Below are positions 37,776-50,817 of a stretch of DNA of 64,000 bases, piece by piece (position 1 is the first letter of the stretch; each line of letters opens with the position of its first letter). The notes under the pieces were generated by a model. That model saw nothing but the letters and a program-made list of their open reading frames with translations. It made no database searches and was not told the DNA's origin. Origin of the DNA: Chlorokybus atmophyticus (lineage: Eukaryota > Plantae > Mesostigma and Chlorokybus algae); assembly GCA_009103225.1 (NCBI GenBank), contig RHPI01001116.1, forward strand, positions 317,380 to 381,379, written 5' to 3'. Position numbers and translations under genes: made by a program.

Positions 37776-40193
37776 ATGCTGACGCAAGAATTGTATCCTT
37801 CCTGATACAAACAGTGTCTCATGCAACGATTGCGTCGATTCGTAACAAAGTATTGCCATTTTCACATGATTGAGCTCTTAGCTGCACGGTTTGCGCCTTA
37901 ACGACTAATTCTGGTAATGTAGTCGCATAGTGCTGCCGTTCGAGCCTTTGGAGGTGAGGCACTGCTTGCAGCTGCGATAATGCATTGATCTGCGCTGCTT
38001 GTGACGGGTTTGATTTGTCAGTGCATGCCCACCCTTTCATGTGATTTCGGCTGTGCAGTATCAAGTCGGCCAGCTGTATATGGTGGCCAAATACTCAAAG
38101 GCTGAATCATCTTCTGGCGACGATGGTGTGGAGATTGTTGTTAATGAGCCTTTTTCAAACGAGCAGGGCACAGGCCAGTACACGCACAAAAGATACTACC
38201 TTGCAAAGTGCGTAAGCGAATTTGCCAAGCTAGCAATCCTTGGCAATAGTTAGATCATCCCCCTTTTTTGTTTTTGTGTTGTTACAAAATATTGACAATG
38301 ATGGGTTGTGTGACATCGACGTCTTGCCAGAAAACTACCAGCATGGCTAGTGAAGCTGCTGCCGGCAGCTGCGTTGGTTGTGGATGAGAAGGCATGGAAC
38401 TCGTTTCCCGATTGCCTAACAGGTGAGACTCTGTCCTTGCTGTGTGGGTGGAGCCAATGTTAAGGCTTGCATGTGCGTGCATGCTTGTTGCTCAACTCAC
38501 CTTTCCTCCCGTTGGTGCGACATGCGTGGCTCCATCTCTATACAATCACAGTATACACGGTGAGTTGTGCATACAAGGTGTGCGCTGCAGGTCTAGCATG
38601 TGCGCGCACAATCATCTGAACAATCACGCGCTTTGCGCAGAGCCCCTATTTGACCAACTTCAAGCTGGAGCTTCGTAGTAAACATTTCAGCGATGCAGGC
38701 CAGCAGGAGAATGTACGCATTGCCAGCAGTGGTTTCTCCCATCATCATGCCATACCAAGCCTGATAGAACTCACCCTGTGGTGTACTTGCCAGGTGTTTG
38801 GAGTTCCACCTGAGTTGTTGTCAAAGCGCGCTGTTGATTATCTAGATATCGCTGCGGACCCTTGGGAGAAGTATGAGGAGAGCGAGGATCCGGCAAAGTT
38901 TCACTCGACAAAAACTGGTAGAGGACCTCTGACCAAGGGCTGGCAGGTGCTTTGCGGGCAAGTTGGCAACATTCTGGATGTGCATATCTTGCTGAAAGTT
39001 TAGTCTCATGCGCATGTTTGTTGTTCATTAATCTACAGAAAAGGACAAAGCCGATAATGTGCGCATACAAGCTCGTGAATATCGAAGTTCCATATTTTGG
39101 CATCCTCGGCAGCCGCATCGAGAAGTACGCTGTTCGAGTAAGTATGAAACTGTCCCTCTGGTGCAGTGTTGATGTTTGTGGAGACAGTGCTGCCAGTTAC
39201 TCCGACACACGCATGCATACGTGCTCATGCCGCCCCCCCCCCCTCGTCTTCTCCGCCCTGTTCGAGCTCCACCTATTACTGTCAACTGGCCCTCCATGGC
39301 TTCACGCATCATCAGCTTACGCGCTTTTGGTATGTACTGCACAGAATGCACAACGCAAAGTGCTGCTGCAAGGACACCGGAAGTGCTTCTGCTGGATGGA
39401 CGAATGGTTCGGCATGACGCTCGAAGACATCCGAACACTTGAAAAGAAGAACATGGAAGAGCTGAACTCGGTATGGGCTTGAGCAAGACTTGTGTTGTTT
39501 GCAATGCACAGATCTGAGCGCACTGCAATTTTGTACACTTGAAGGTGAGGCTGTTTAGAATACAGCTGTATGCTGATTATGCACATCACACAGGTTGTGG
39601 GTAACAATCCTGTACCCAAGAAAGACCCGGTGTTGGCAAAATTAACCAGCAGACACATTACCCGAAGCAACTCGCGGTCGGCCTCGCGGTCAGCCTCGTT
39701 CGACGTACCACAGAGGCAGAACTCCATAGATCTGCCCAAGAGTAGCGACAGCAGAGAGAGCATGGCAGTCGAGCCGACTCGCAATCGGCGGGCTTCTTTC
39801 GGCGGCATCCTCACGAAAACCGACGTTGACCAGCGCGGCGACAACAACAACTCCACCAACCTGACTTCCCCCATCACGGAGGACAAGCCCGTGGACGAGA
39901 CCTTCTGGGACGCGATGCTCAACGCCGGCGCGGATATCCCGCCCACGCCGACGGGGAGCTACGCGTCGGCGCAGTCGGATATTGCTGTTGATGACTTTCT
40001 TAATCAGGATCAGGACCCCCTCGACGGCGCCATCTCTATATCAGAGTCTGCTGCTGCGCCAGCGCCTGCGCCACCGCTGCCACCTCCACAACTGTCGATA
40101 GCGCCAAAGGTTGTGCCGGCCACAGCGCTGCACAAAGGCAAGCGGAGACGAGGGTTATTTGCATGTTTTGCGGAGCCAGCGGTTAAGGCTTGA
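37776..40193 (+). CDS. Phosphatidylinositol transfer protein of the START-like (PITP-alpha/RdgB, IP_trans) family with a disordered C-terminal extension
   Basis: MLTQEFRIVLPF..YQVGQLYMVAK; GQYTHKRY; DEKAWNSFP; DPAKFHSTKTGRGPL; PIMCAYKLV; HRKCFCWMDEWFGMTLEDIR; includes an 8-nt micro-exon at 38552-38559. Confidence 0.93.
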
Positions 40194-42232
40194 AAGTCGA
40201 GTCGTCGTGTTGGGTATGGTAATTTGAGTAGTAGCGGAAGCAGGCGTCTCGTGATACATAGCTGACATGGTAAACCCAGGATATTCCTAGATACAATACT
40301 GGCCTGCGAAATTTGGAATGGGCGTTAGTGACAGTAGAGTTGGTTGTTGTGGGCTGTTTGCACAATACCGTGACTGCTGTTGTGTTAGTCTCTGGTGTTA
40401 GTACATGTACCATCTTTGGACTGTCACAGGTATCACCTTAGGCTGATATGACATGCTTGTGGACGAGTGCGCGCGCGCGTGCCTGTGCGTGCATGTGATT
40501 GTGTACAGAACATGCAATTTGGGTATGTGGCATGCATGTCACATGCATCAGTGACAATCTCAATACATCAGCACCACCACCACCACCACCGGGTTACATA
40601 CACGACGCCTTGTGTACAAGTAATGACGCATGCATGTTGACTAACGGGGCAAGGGCAATAGCGAAGCTAGATAGCTGAGGTTGTATAGGCAGCCCGGTGG
40701 TAAAACAAGTTGTTGCCATGTTGGACTGTGCTTGTGCTTGAGTATGTGACAAGGCCGTGCAATGGTGAGTCACACGCACACCATTGCTTATATTCTACAC
40801 AGCGACGCCAGCAATCCGTACATGCATGCGAACTGGCGAAAACCCTAAGCATGCAGTGGGTCGGGTGAAGGTGGGGCGGCGGTGGAAGGGGAGGGAGCGG
40901 GGAGGAGGAGTCTTTTCATCGGTAGTGGAAGCTGCAAGGGCTGGCCGCTGACCACAGCCGCTGTGCAGGCAACTACCATCGCTGCCAGTGATGCATGCAT
41001 GACTAACAGGGGGGCAGTAGGAGTAGAGGTAGAGTAGCGACATACTTAGCCCGGTGGTCGTGCATTCGGCATGGAGGTGCGTGGGGTGAGTTGCATGTCA
41101 TGCATGGTGTTGAATTGCATGTTTATAACAGCCTCGTGCCTATCCTGTACACTCATTCACTATCTATCTACCTGCCTTCAGTACTGCCCAACCCCGCTAG
41201 ACATCACTGCACAACGTTCAGCTAGTCAGTTGTGGTCGGCGCTGGGCAGTCGACAATGTCAATGGGGGATGGACTCTCTCCCTCCTCCCGCCAGCATCAC
41301 CCTCGCCCCTCCTCTCCGCTTGCTGCTATCTTTGGCAGTCCTTTGTAACCCTCAGCCCCGCACTGCTGACGTCAGCAGTGCATGCTTGTAGCGGTGGCGC
41401 GTGGCGCTGTCAGCTGTGGCGGTGTGCCGCTATGCAGTGTGTGTACATACAGCTCAAGAGTGTTAGTCACATGCATCGTAGCGGGCGAGGACACGTTGCC
41501 ACACGCTTGCGCACACTACACAGTCACCATTCCGTGTGTGTATCCGTGCCTGTGTGCACTTGCGCAAGTCGGAGTGTACATAAGTCTCTAGTCTACTATG
41601 CACATGTAGGTACAGCTGCTGCGCCTGCTATCAGCAACACTCCCTACTATGTGGCGTGCACTTAGCTAGCCAGTCCCCTTAGCGCTAGGGTTTGTTTTGT
41701 CTTGAATTGTAAGTTGCTTGTTGGGCGTGATGATGTGATGCGTGCTTGCTTGCGTGTGCTACTACCGGGGGACCCTCTCTGTTACCCTATGTATGTAAGG
41801 GGTATGATACTATGCCAACATGCATGGTGCGCGCATGCTTAGACCATTTGCACTGCATCGCACACTACTGTCACTGGCCGCAACAATAGCAAGTGCTCAC
41901 CTGATATGCAACTGCTATACTGTAGTGTAGTAGTACCCAAGCCACTCCAGAACCGTATAATTTGTTCGCACGCACATGGTTGCAACATGCTCCTAGCGGC
42001 TAGCAAACATGTTGCGAGGGAGAAAAGGAGACGCGTTCATGGCTGCAGCCCATGTTCCCAATACGGGTGCGCTCACACTTCAAACTACGACTAGCTCCAA
42101 TGATGTCTTGCATCAGGACCCGCTGTCATTCGTAAACAAGTCAACCTAGAAGTGCTCGCAAAACAACTCCCGACGCTGTCATGTCAAGCAGTACAGACAG
42201 CCTGCCTCTATCAGCTAAGACCTGCAGGTGGC

Positions 42233-43963
42233 TCAACCGACATCTTCCCAGTCCACATCATCATCACCGTCCTCTGCATCACCGTCTCCGATGTTTGCAT
42301 CCAGAGGGGCAGCACTAGAGGAAGCGCCATTCAGCGCTGAGGCAGCACCAGGATCTTGGTTGAACGACGCAAAAGCTGTCTCCGCAGCTTCACCAACATC
42401 GTCATCCTCCCACTCTATGCCGTCATCCACGCCACCCCCTGCGGACACCCAGGATGCTGTCACAGTGCGTGTGACACACACACAGCATGTATTGCGTGCT
42501 ACCCTCGTTGGGTGACAGCCTTTTAGTAACTTGACACACCAAACAGCGATTGTACCTTCCAAGGGGGATGTTTCAGGCATATCGACCCAATCCAAGTCAT
42601 CTCCGGCCTGAACTATGCCAGCATTGGGAGAGACGGCTTCAAGCTTGGCAGGAGGTTGAGTACCGGATGTAAGCTCAAACTCCTTCTGCAAGAGAAAAAA
42701 GCAGCGTGAGAAAGTTTAAGTCCAATCATGTGTGTTCCTCAAGGAGGAACAGGAATGACTGGAGAACATCCAAGTGACGATGAATGGTCTTACATCCTCA
42801 AGAGCAGCAGGGTTTGCATCTTCCCAGTCAACATCTTCACCGCCTGCCAACCCAAGGTTATCTCAGCACCATGCGCACTGTTGAAGCACAATCCAACACA
42901 AGCAGCCCCAACCCGCACCGGGGGCGCCCGCATCATCCCAATCAATGCCCTCAGGGCCTTCTTCGTGCGCGGGTGCAGCTCCCTCTTCTTGCTTGACTGG
43001 CAGCAACGGCGGCGTTAACTGTTGAGGAGCAGCAGCAGCACCTTCTTCCATCTTCACTTGCACCATGTTGGGTGGTTGAGGCGCAACAACCGCCTCTGGA
43101 GCCACATCCTGAGACAAGAGCAGAGTTGAACAGACGTGCTTCGTGAGGAGCATAAATTGAACTGCAGCGTGGTGAGAGTGTTTTTGTACCTGTCCTTGCC
43201 TGGCCAGCATGGCTGCGTAGTACGCTTTGATGTACTCCTCGCGGTAGGCTTCCTCCGCGGACTTGGCTCCTCCTCCAGCTTGCTCTTGTTTGACCATAAC
43301 TACAGCTGCTGCACGGTCTGCTCGACAAGACCACAAATGCTTGCTGGTAAGAGACCACTTGTACACTTGCAATAGCCCGCGCCCCCCCCCTCCNNNNNNN
43401 NNNNNNNNNNNNNNNNNNNNNNNNNNNNNNNNNNNNNNNNNNNNNNNNNNNNNNNNNNNNNNNNNNNNNNNNNNNNNNNNNNNNNNNNNNNNNNNNNNNN
43501 NNNNNNNNNNNNNNNNNNNNNNNNNNNNNNNNNNNNNNNNNNNNNNNNNNNNNNNNNNNNNNNNNNNNNNNNNNNNNNNNNNNNNNNNNNNNNNNNNNNN
43601 NNNNNNNNNNNNNNNNNNNNNNNNNNNNNNNNNNNNNNNNNNNNNNNNNNNNNNNNNNNNNNNNNNNNNNNNNNNNNNNNNNNNNNNNNNNNNNNNNNNN
43701 NNNNNNNNNNNNNNNNNNNNNNNNNNNNNNNNNNNNNNNNNNNNNNNNNNNNNNNNNNNNNNNNNNNNNNNNNNNNNNNNNNNNNNNNNNNNNNNNNNNN
43801 NNNNNNNNNNNNNNNNNNNNNNNNNNNNNNNNNNNNNNNNNNNNNNNNNNNNNNNNNNNNNNNNNNNNNNNNNNNNNNNNNNNNNNNNNNNNNNNNNNNN
43901 NNNNNNNNNNNNNNNNNNNNNNNNNNNNNNNNNNNNNNNNNNNNNNNNNNNNNNNNNNNNNNN

Positions 43964-43995
<32 letters not shown>

Positions 43996-46985
43996 CCTTT
44001 TGCTTGCTGCATGGCTCGCAGGCATGTATGGACTGCTCTCCAAGCAGATCCTTTTTGACATGCAGCCCACAAGTGAGGAGATCGTAGTATACAAGTATAG
44101 ACTGGAGTCAGCGCAACTGTATGCGCTTGCTCCAGCTTGCTTTTACTACGGTATACTACGGTCTCCTCACCAATGGTTGCTTGTCTACATGTATGCTCGT
44201 AGTGCAGTCTGTACATGCCTGCGAGCCTGTAGCCATACAATTCACGCGGAGGCGCGCACAGGTGCACAGGTGCGTACATACGCACACTTACCGGTGCTTG
44301 TAGCGGTCGCACCCTCCTCCTGCTTGACAGCGGCATACTCGATGGTAAACGTGTCCGCATCCTGTTGTTCTTCCTGCTGCGTGGTGGCGGCCGCCGCGGT
44401 GCCGCCGGGCTGCGGTACGCCCATGCTCTCTCGCCACATCCACGGCGGCAACACCTTCGGCACCGGCTGCCCCGCTGCCCCTGCCCCCGCCGCAGTTCCA
44501 TTCGCACCAGCACCACCCGCACCCAAGTCTCCCAGATCAACCTCAACCTGCAGTTGCAGAGTAATGTTGGGTGAGCTCAACATACTGCTATGCACGTGTC
44601 CACAGACTGAGGTGTATACACTGACTTGTGGGTGAGGCCCATGCAGACAACGACGACAACAACAAAAAAGACAACAACTGTAGCACGTTGTGGCAGAGCT
44701 GTGTATGAAGGTGGGCAAACCTCACCTGCGTTTCTTCAAAATAGGAGGAAGCTGGGTCTACTGCGCCGCTTCGGGGCACGCCGCGCGGCATACCCGGCAG
44801 CTCGACCTGCACGTTGGCTGCGCCGATGGTGGCGTTGCGAGCGGCCCACTCGCCTGTGTGCGGTTCAACCGGTTGGTTAGCAGTGTACCTCATCTCTGAG
44901 AGAATTGTACATGTCAACGTGACATAGTATGCGCGCTGTGCTGCTGTACCTAACGGGCCAAAGTTCGGGGCTGGCAAGTCTTTCACCTTGGCTACCTGGT
45001 CCAAGAGAGGCTTCAACTGTGCCTAAACCACACAACTAACGCTGTCAGCCACCTTGTGCAGGATAACACGCATGCAACCTAAAAAAGTAAACATGCATAC
45101 CCACCTCCATCCTAGCCAGCATGTCGCGCGCGAGCTCTCTACGTTTGACTCTTGAATCGTCACCTGATATATGCGCGTTTCAGCTGTTTCACCTAGTGTC
45201 GACAGTTGGGTGAACCCCACAATGTGGTGTTCACAACACACTCACCTTGCGGGTCACCCGCAGCACCTTCCACAAACAGCTCCGCCTCACACTCTTCGCA
45301 GTGAAACGTCAAGTCCGCGGGGTTGATGAGCCTCATCGAATCGAGTGCAGAGTACCTGACAATGGCAACAATGCTGTGTTGCTGTGGTTGCGGGTTGCAG
45401 AGATGCATGCAAATTGTTGTTGTATAACGTTACCGTCTGCCGCAGAACGGAGTACGGCAAATGTACTCCTGGTTGTCGATGTTCTCCTCGGCCTCGTCTT
45501 TGAGCCGCCGCCGCATGCGATGCAGGCGGTACCGCACGACGTCGACCAGCCTGGTATAGTCGAGGCAGGCATACGTGTATGTGTGGGGCTGCAGAAGAAG
45601 AGTAGGAGCCACACAGAGACAAACTCTCACAATCATGTGTAGTCCCAACCAAACAACCACCCTTGATACATACTGCACAGAGCACACATGTACGCATACA
45701 CGCATGTGTGCGCGCGCATTCACACACACACATGCACATGTGTGCTAACACAAACGCATGCGCACACCCCTCCACCCCTCCACCCCTCCACCCACCTTGG
45801 GTTCTTTCTTGATGACGCCCGCCGCCGCGTCCTTCTCCGCCTGCTCCTGCACGGCCGCGTCGCTCGGGGGAGGCGGGGGCGGCACTGCGGGCGCGGGCGT
45901 CACGGTCTCCAGCCTCGCCGGCGCGGTGCTGGTCGCGGCCATCGCCAGCGCAAACAGCTGCGCGTCCTTCTTGCCCTCACGGCGGTGCTCGCGAATGACC
46001 AGTTGCTCCTGAATGATGAGGATAATGTTGTTGTTGATGTCAACGACATATTCTGGTTACACATATGTGTGCGTGCGAGTGCATATGTGGTTGCGTGTAC
46101 ATGTGTGCACATGCGTGCATGTGCGTGAGCGTGCGTGCGTTTGCGTGCATGTGTGCATATATATATGCGTGCATGCCCTGACATGCCATACGTGTGCATG
46201 CTTGTGTGGGAGCGTGTTGTGAGGACGCATGTATGCACACGACCAACCTCTTCAAGGACGCGTATGGCGCGTCTGAGCTGTTTCGGATGCATGCGAAGAT
46301 CTTTGGCAAGCTCATCTTCCTGGGGCAACAAAAGAAACACAATCGTTTGCTTAGCTCATAAATCACTTCATGCAGCAATGTAATGCAATTAAGCCCTATA
46401 TTACAAGATGTCATGTTGTACCTTGACCCATTGTCGTCTAGTGAGTGCGTCCACGATCACAACAGCGATGCCCAAGTACTCTGTCTTGTCGGTCGCCTTC
46501 TTGGGTGCGGTGCGCGGGGGCTCCTCGCCGCTGTAGAATGCGCGGGCAACTAACCGCGCGAGTCTGCGCAATGCATTGCAGATCAACCATATGCGCATAG
46601 CTAGCTGGGCTCTGCTGCAACTTTGAGAACTGTAATAAAAACAGGTATGCACGTGTTACGTGACTTGTCGTGTAACGGTTGATAATACATGTCCAGTATG
46701 TGACGAACCACTCCACTGACGGCATAACTAAAACACATGAACATGTGCCAGCATGCATATCCAAGCCTTGAGACTGAGTTCCACATGCATATCCATGCAT
46801 GTGGAACTCAGTGCCAAGGCTGAAAGCTTGCCAGCATAATGGGAGTAGAACAATTGAAGACATTGATAACACGCAACGCTCCGTGCGCAGCTAAGCCAAC
46901 GGTACGATTAGCAATGATTTGCGGGAACAAGCTGGTAACAAATGAAAAATGCAACTTCCAGCGCTCACCGCTTGTAGTGCTCCAT
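42233..46985 (-). CDS. GTF2E1: Transcription initiation factor IIE subunit alpha; interrupted by an assembly gap
   Basis: MEHYKRLARLVARAFY; EDELAKDLRMHPKQLRRAIRVLEE; LDYTRLVDVVRYRLHRM; zinc ribbon YICRTPFC..YSALD..FHCEEC; KVLPPWM; acidic C-terminus DVDWEDVG*. Confidence 0.93.
43394..43994. other. Assembly gap (570 N) flanked by poly-C tracts
   Basis: N at 43394-43963; C-runs on both sides; may hide TFIIE-alpha exon(s). Confidence 0.99.
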
Positions 46986-47030
46986 ATATCAAGGGATGCA
47001 GGCAGCGCTACTCAGCAGAAGGAGGCCGCA

Positions 47031-47039
47031 AAACCCTAA
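47031..47039 (-). promoter_or_regulatory. Telo-box ~46 bp upstream of the TFIIE-alpha ATG
   Basis: AAACCCTAA; reads TTAGGGTTT on the sense strand, as at other genes here. Confidence 0.55.
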
Positions 47040-47876
47040 CCCTGGCCGCAGCGGCTGCAACAGCGGCACATGCTGCCAAGCAGCAGGTGAATCCTGCTGC
47101 CCTGCACTAAACCCTACCCTGAAGAAGCCCCTGCGCCTCAATTCTTGCACCAGATCTGATTTACTACCTCACGCCAGCACCACCGACCAGCACGATGCCC
47201 CCGCCACGGCCACCGCCGCCGCCGCCGCTGCCGCCAACCAGCTGAATGTCTGGCTCAACCGACCGCAGTCAAAGTTTCAGCATGCTCAGCCTGGTTAACG
47301 TAGCCTGCGTTGTAGCTCCATCCATTACGTCGCTGCCTGTTGCAGATATCGCAGCGTTTGGAGCGACGTACCCGAGTGCCCGGACCGGACCAGCCTTGTT
47401 TTGCACCGGACGAAGCACCGAGCGTGACCGGTACCATGGCGCATCTGACCGGCGTGGTGGCTAGTTCTAAAACTAGCTATGGCGTCACGTGACTCGCGAG
47501 ACAGCATTTTTCTTGGATTTTTTTGGGCGACAATTTCTGCGTCAATTATGAAGCTTAGCAAACGCTTTCCTGCTCAGCGGGAGGAGAGGGGGGCAAAAGG
47601 TGCTCAGGCCTAGTGATCTGTTTTGGTTTCTGTGTGCGTGTGTGTGTGGACCGCCAGGACAGCTGGCAGGTGGGGCGGCGGTTGTGTATGACTGCTGCTG
47701 CCGAGGGGTGCGGGATCAGGTGTGGGAGCAGCAGCCTTACACCAATGGGAGGTCGTGGTTGCTGCTGGCGACAACATAGTTTGGTCTAGAGCAGAGTCTG
47801 TCGTGTGCACTGGTCAGCGCCATTGAGTTGTGGGGTAATTCATTGGCCCAATTTTGATCGTATATAGTGAGTGCCA

Positions 47877-50775
47877 ATGGAGGGGCGCTCTCTCACCCCC
47901 ACGCGCTCCCGCCCAGGCACCGCAAGGTGAGACATCTTGTACTGCACTTGTGAGTGATATTACAGGCAGAGCCGCATACACAACAACAACCTTAGTCAAT
48001 CCCCCTGATCTAATACGTATTTGAGTTGATTGTTCACAACAGATCACAATAACAAAATGGTCTCTTTCGTCTGTGCTCCTAACAGGGACCAGTCCAGGCT
48101 GTCTCAGGCCTCTCCCTCCCGCGAGCGCTCATCGTCGCCAACAACAACAACTCCTTCCTCCCCTTCAGCAACCACTCTTTCAGCGGCACAACAACCATCA
48201 TCATCAGCAGATCAACAACCGCCGATCAGCTTCAACGCCTCTCAGCTGACACCCTCCCCGTCGAAACGACTCAATTCCACGGTCATCACACCATCAAACG
48301 GTAAGGAGGAGAGGGGAGAGGAGGATGGTTGTGTGTGTGTGCGCGCGTGCGCGTGCGTGTGTGTGTGGGTGAGCGAGTGTATGTATGTGCGCAAGTGCGC
48401 GTGTGTGTGTGTGCGTAACACGTTCGCCCACGTGGTCTGAAGTCTGTGCACGCGTGCTCACACCCACACACCCGCTCACATCCGTGCGTGTACGCGTGAC
48501 CCGCACACGCAAGCCCGCGCACGCACAGACCTTTACTGTCACTCATTCTGTATACCCACGCTCACATGTGCGCGCGCATGCGTAACTTTCCACCTCTCCA
48601 CCCCACCTCACCCCCCTCTCCCCTCCCCCAGACCGCGTCCGCGTCTCCGTCCGCATCCGCCCCCGCTCCCCCCTCGAGCTCTCCCTCGACGCCCCCTCCT
48701 GTCTCCTGTCCGACTTCGACCGCCGCACAATCTCCGTCTCGCGCAACCACTGGGAGCGCATCTCGGAGACGCTGGAGTGCGACGCTTTGTTCAACGAGTC
48801 TGCATCCCAGCGAAGGGTGTACGAGACGGTCGCCCTACCGGTAGTGCAGAGCGTGATGGGGGGAGTGAACGGGACGGTGCTGGCGTATGGACAGACGGGG
48901 ACGGGGAAGACGCATACGCTACTGGGGAGTATGAGCAACAACGGTGATGATGATGATAACGGTGATGCGGCGATGAGGGGGATTGTGGCCAGGGCGGTGG
49001 AGGATGTGTTTGGGATGGCTGGGAGTGATGTGGAGTACGAGACGAGCGTGACGTTGAGTTACCTGCAGCTGTATATGGAGGCTGTGCATGACTTGTTGGC
49101 CGCGGATGCTGTCGGTGCAAGTGGGGATGTGGGGAGTGGGTTGAGCGTGTATGATAACCCGGCTACCGGGGAGGTGGAGGTGCCGGGAGCGATGGCGGTG
49201 AGCGTCACGGGAGCGGCGGAGTGCCTGGAGATTATTGAGAGGGCGAATAGTCACCGGATTGTGGCCAACCAACGCATGGTGGGTGGTGGGGGTGTGAATG
49301 TGGGTGGTGTGGGTGTGAATGTGCGTGCGCGTGTGCGCGTGTATGTGCGTGTGCGAGTACGTGTGTGTATGCGTGGTGTGCATCTGAACGCATGCGCGTG
49401 TGCGTGTGCGTGAGTGTGCATGAGCGCTGCAGGCGAGTGTTTGCAAGTTGGAGTGATGTATTGATCTAACATGATGTACACTTCAGAATGCGTCATCGAG
49501 CAGGAGTCATGCGGTGCTTTTCCTCAACGTGCTGCGCAAGCCCACGGGCGTGGCAAACCCAGAGTCCAACCAGCCCGCCTCAGTCACGTACGTACACCAA
49601 CACATATCCATAACATCACCTCTAACCCCTTGTGACCCGATATAAACCGAGTTGTAGCTTGCTCACCCCTGCTTGCTCACCCCTACAACAATAGGTACAA
49701 GAAGGGCCGCCTTGTTCTGGTGGACCTCGCGGGCTCAGAACGCCTCAACAAAACAGGCAAGGCAGCAGTCGAATTTAAATCAATCTATCTGTCTGTCTGC
49801 CCAACTTCTTTGCTGTGCCTTCAAACTGCAAGTGACAACGCAACAACACAGACGCACACACGCGTGCACGCAACACAATCACACACGCACACGCACACTC
49901 ACACTCGGACACTCACACTCACACTCACACTCACACTCACACTCACACTCACACTCACACTCACACTCACACTCACACTCACACTCACACTCACACTCAC
50001 ACTCACACTCACTTGCACACGCACACGCACACGCACACAACGCACAACACGCACGCGCTTGCCCAAACACACAGCTGAAGCAACTCAGAATTCGCACAAG
50101 TACAGTATACTATACCGTATGCATAGTACGGTGAACTATAGTATACAGTACAGTATACTGTAGTATAGTGTAGTACAGCATACTATATCCACTCACCCCT
50201 CTCCACTCACCCCTCCCCCACCCAGGTTCCGAGGGTCGCCAAGCCGACGAGGCCAAAGCCATCAACCTCTCCCTCACCGCCTTGGGTAAATGCGTCCGTT
50301 CCCTCTCCCTCTCCGACTCCCACGTCCCCTTCCGCGACAGCAAGCTCACCCGCCTCCTCCGCGACTCGTTCGGCGGGGGGGCGAGGACGAGTCTCGTGGT
50401 GTGCGTGAGCGATGTGAGTGAGCATGCCGGGGAGACGGCTGCCGCGCTGCAGTTCGGGGGGAGGGCCATGTGCGTGGAGAACGGGAAGGGGAGGAAGGAG
50501 GGGGAGACGGATTTCAAGCTGTTGGCGAAGAGACAGCAGGTGAGAGAGGGGGAGGGGATGATCGTGGTGGCACACATGCATTGTGTGCACGAGCACAAGA
50601 ACACGTAGACGTGTGCGCGCACATGTCAAGTGTCCACTCCCGTTCGTGCACACGAGCACTGTCCAACACCCTTAACACGCACGTATGCATGCGCACACGC
50701 ATGCATGCACCCATGTACATGCGTATGTGCCCCACAAACGCATGCACAAACACTGCTGCTGGGCCAAGTAACATG

Positions 50776-50817
<42 letters not shown>

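Noticed and set aside
41385-41430. Small GC stem (TAGCGG..CCGCTA) resembling a structured RNA
   Set aside because: No tRNA, snRNA or SRP signature motifs found
42951-44546. Long ORFs of 264-531 aa
   Set aside because: Their length comes from reading through the N gap and poly-C
47484-47493. GTCACGTGAC palindrome (G-box core) in the TFIIE/ARK promoter region
   Set aside because: A single 10-mer cannot be assigned a function from sequence alone
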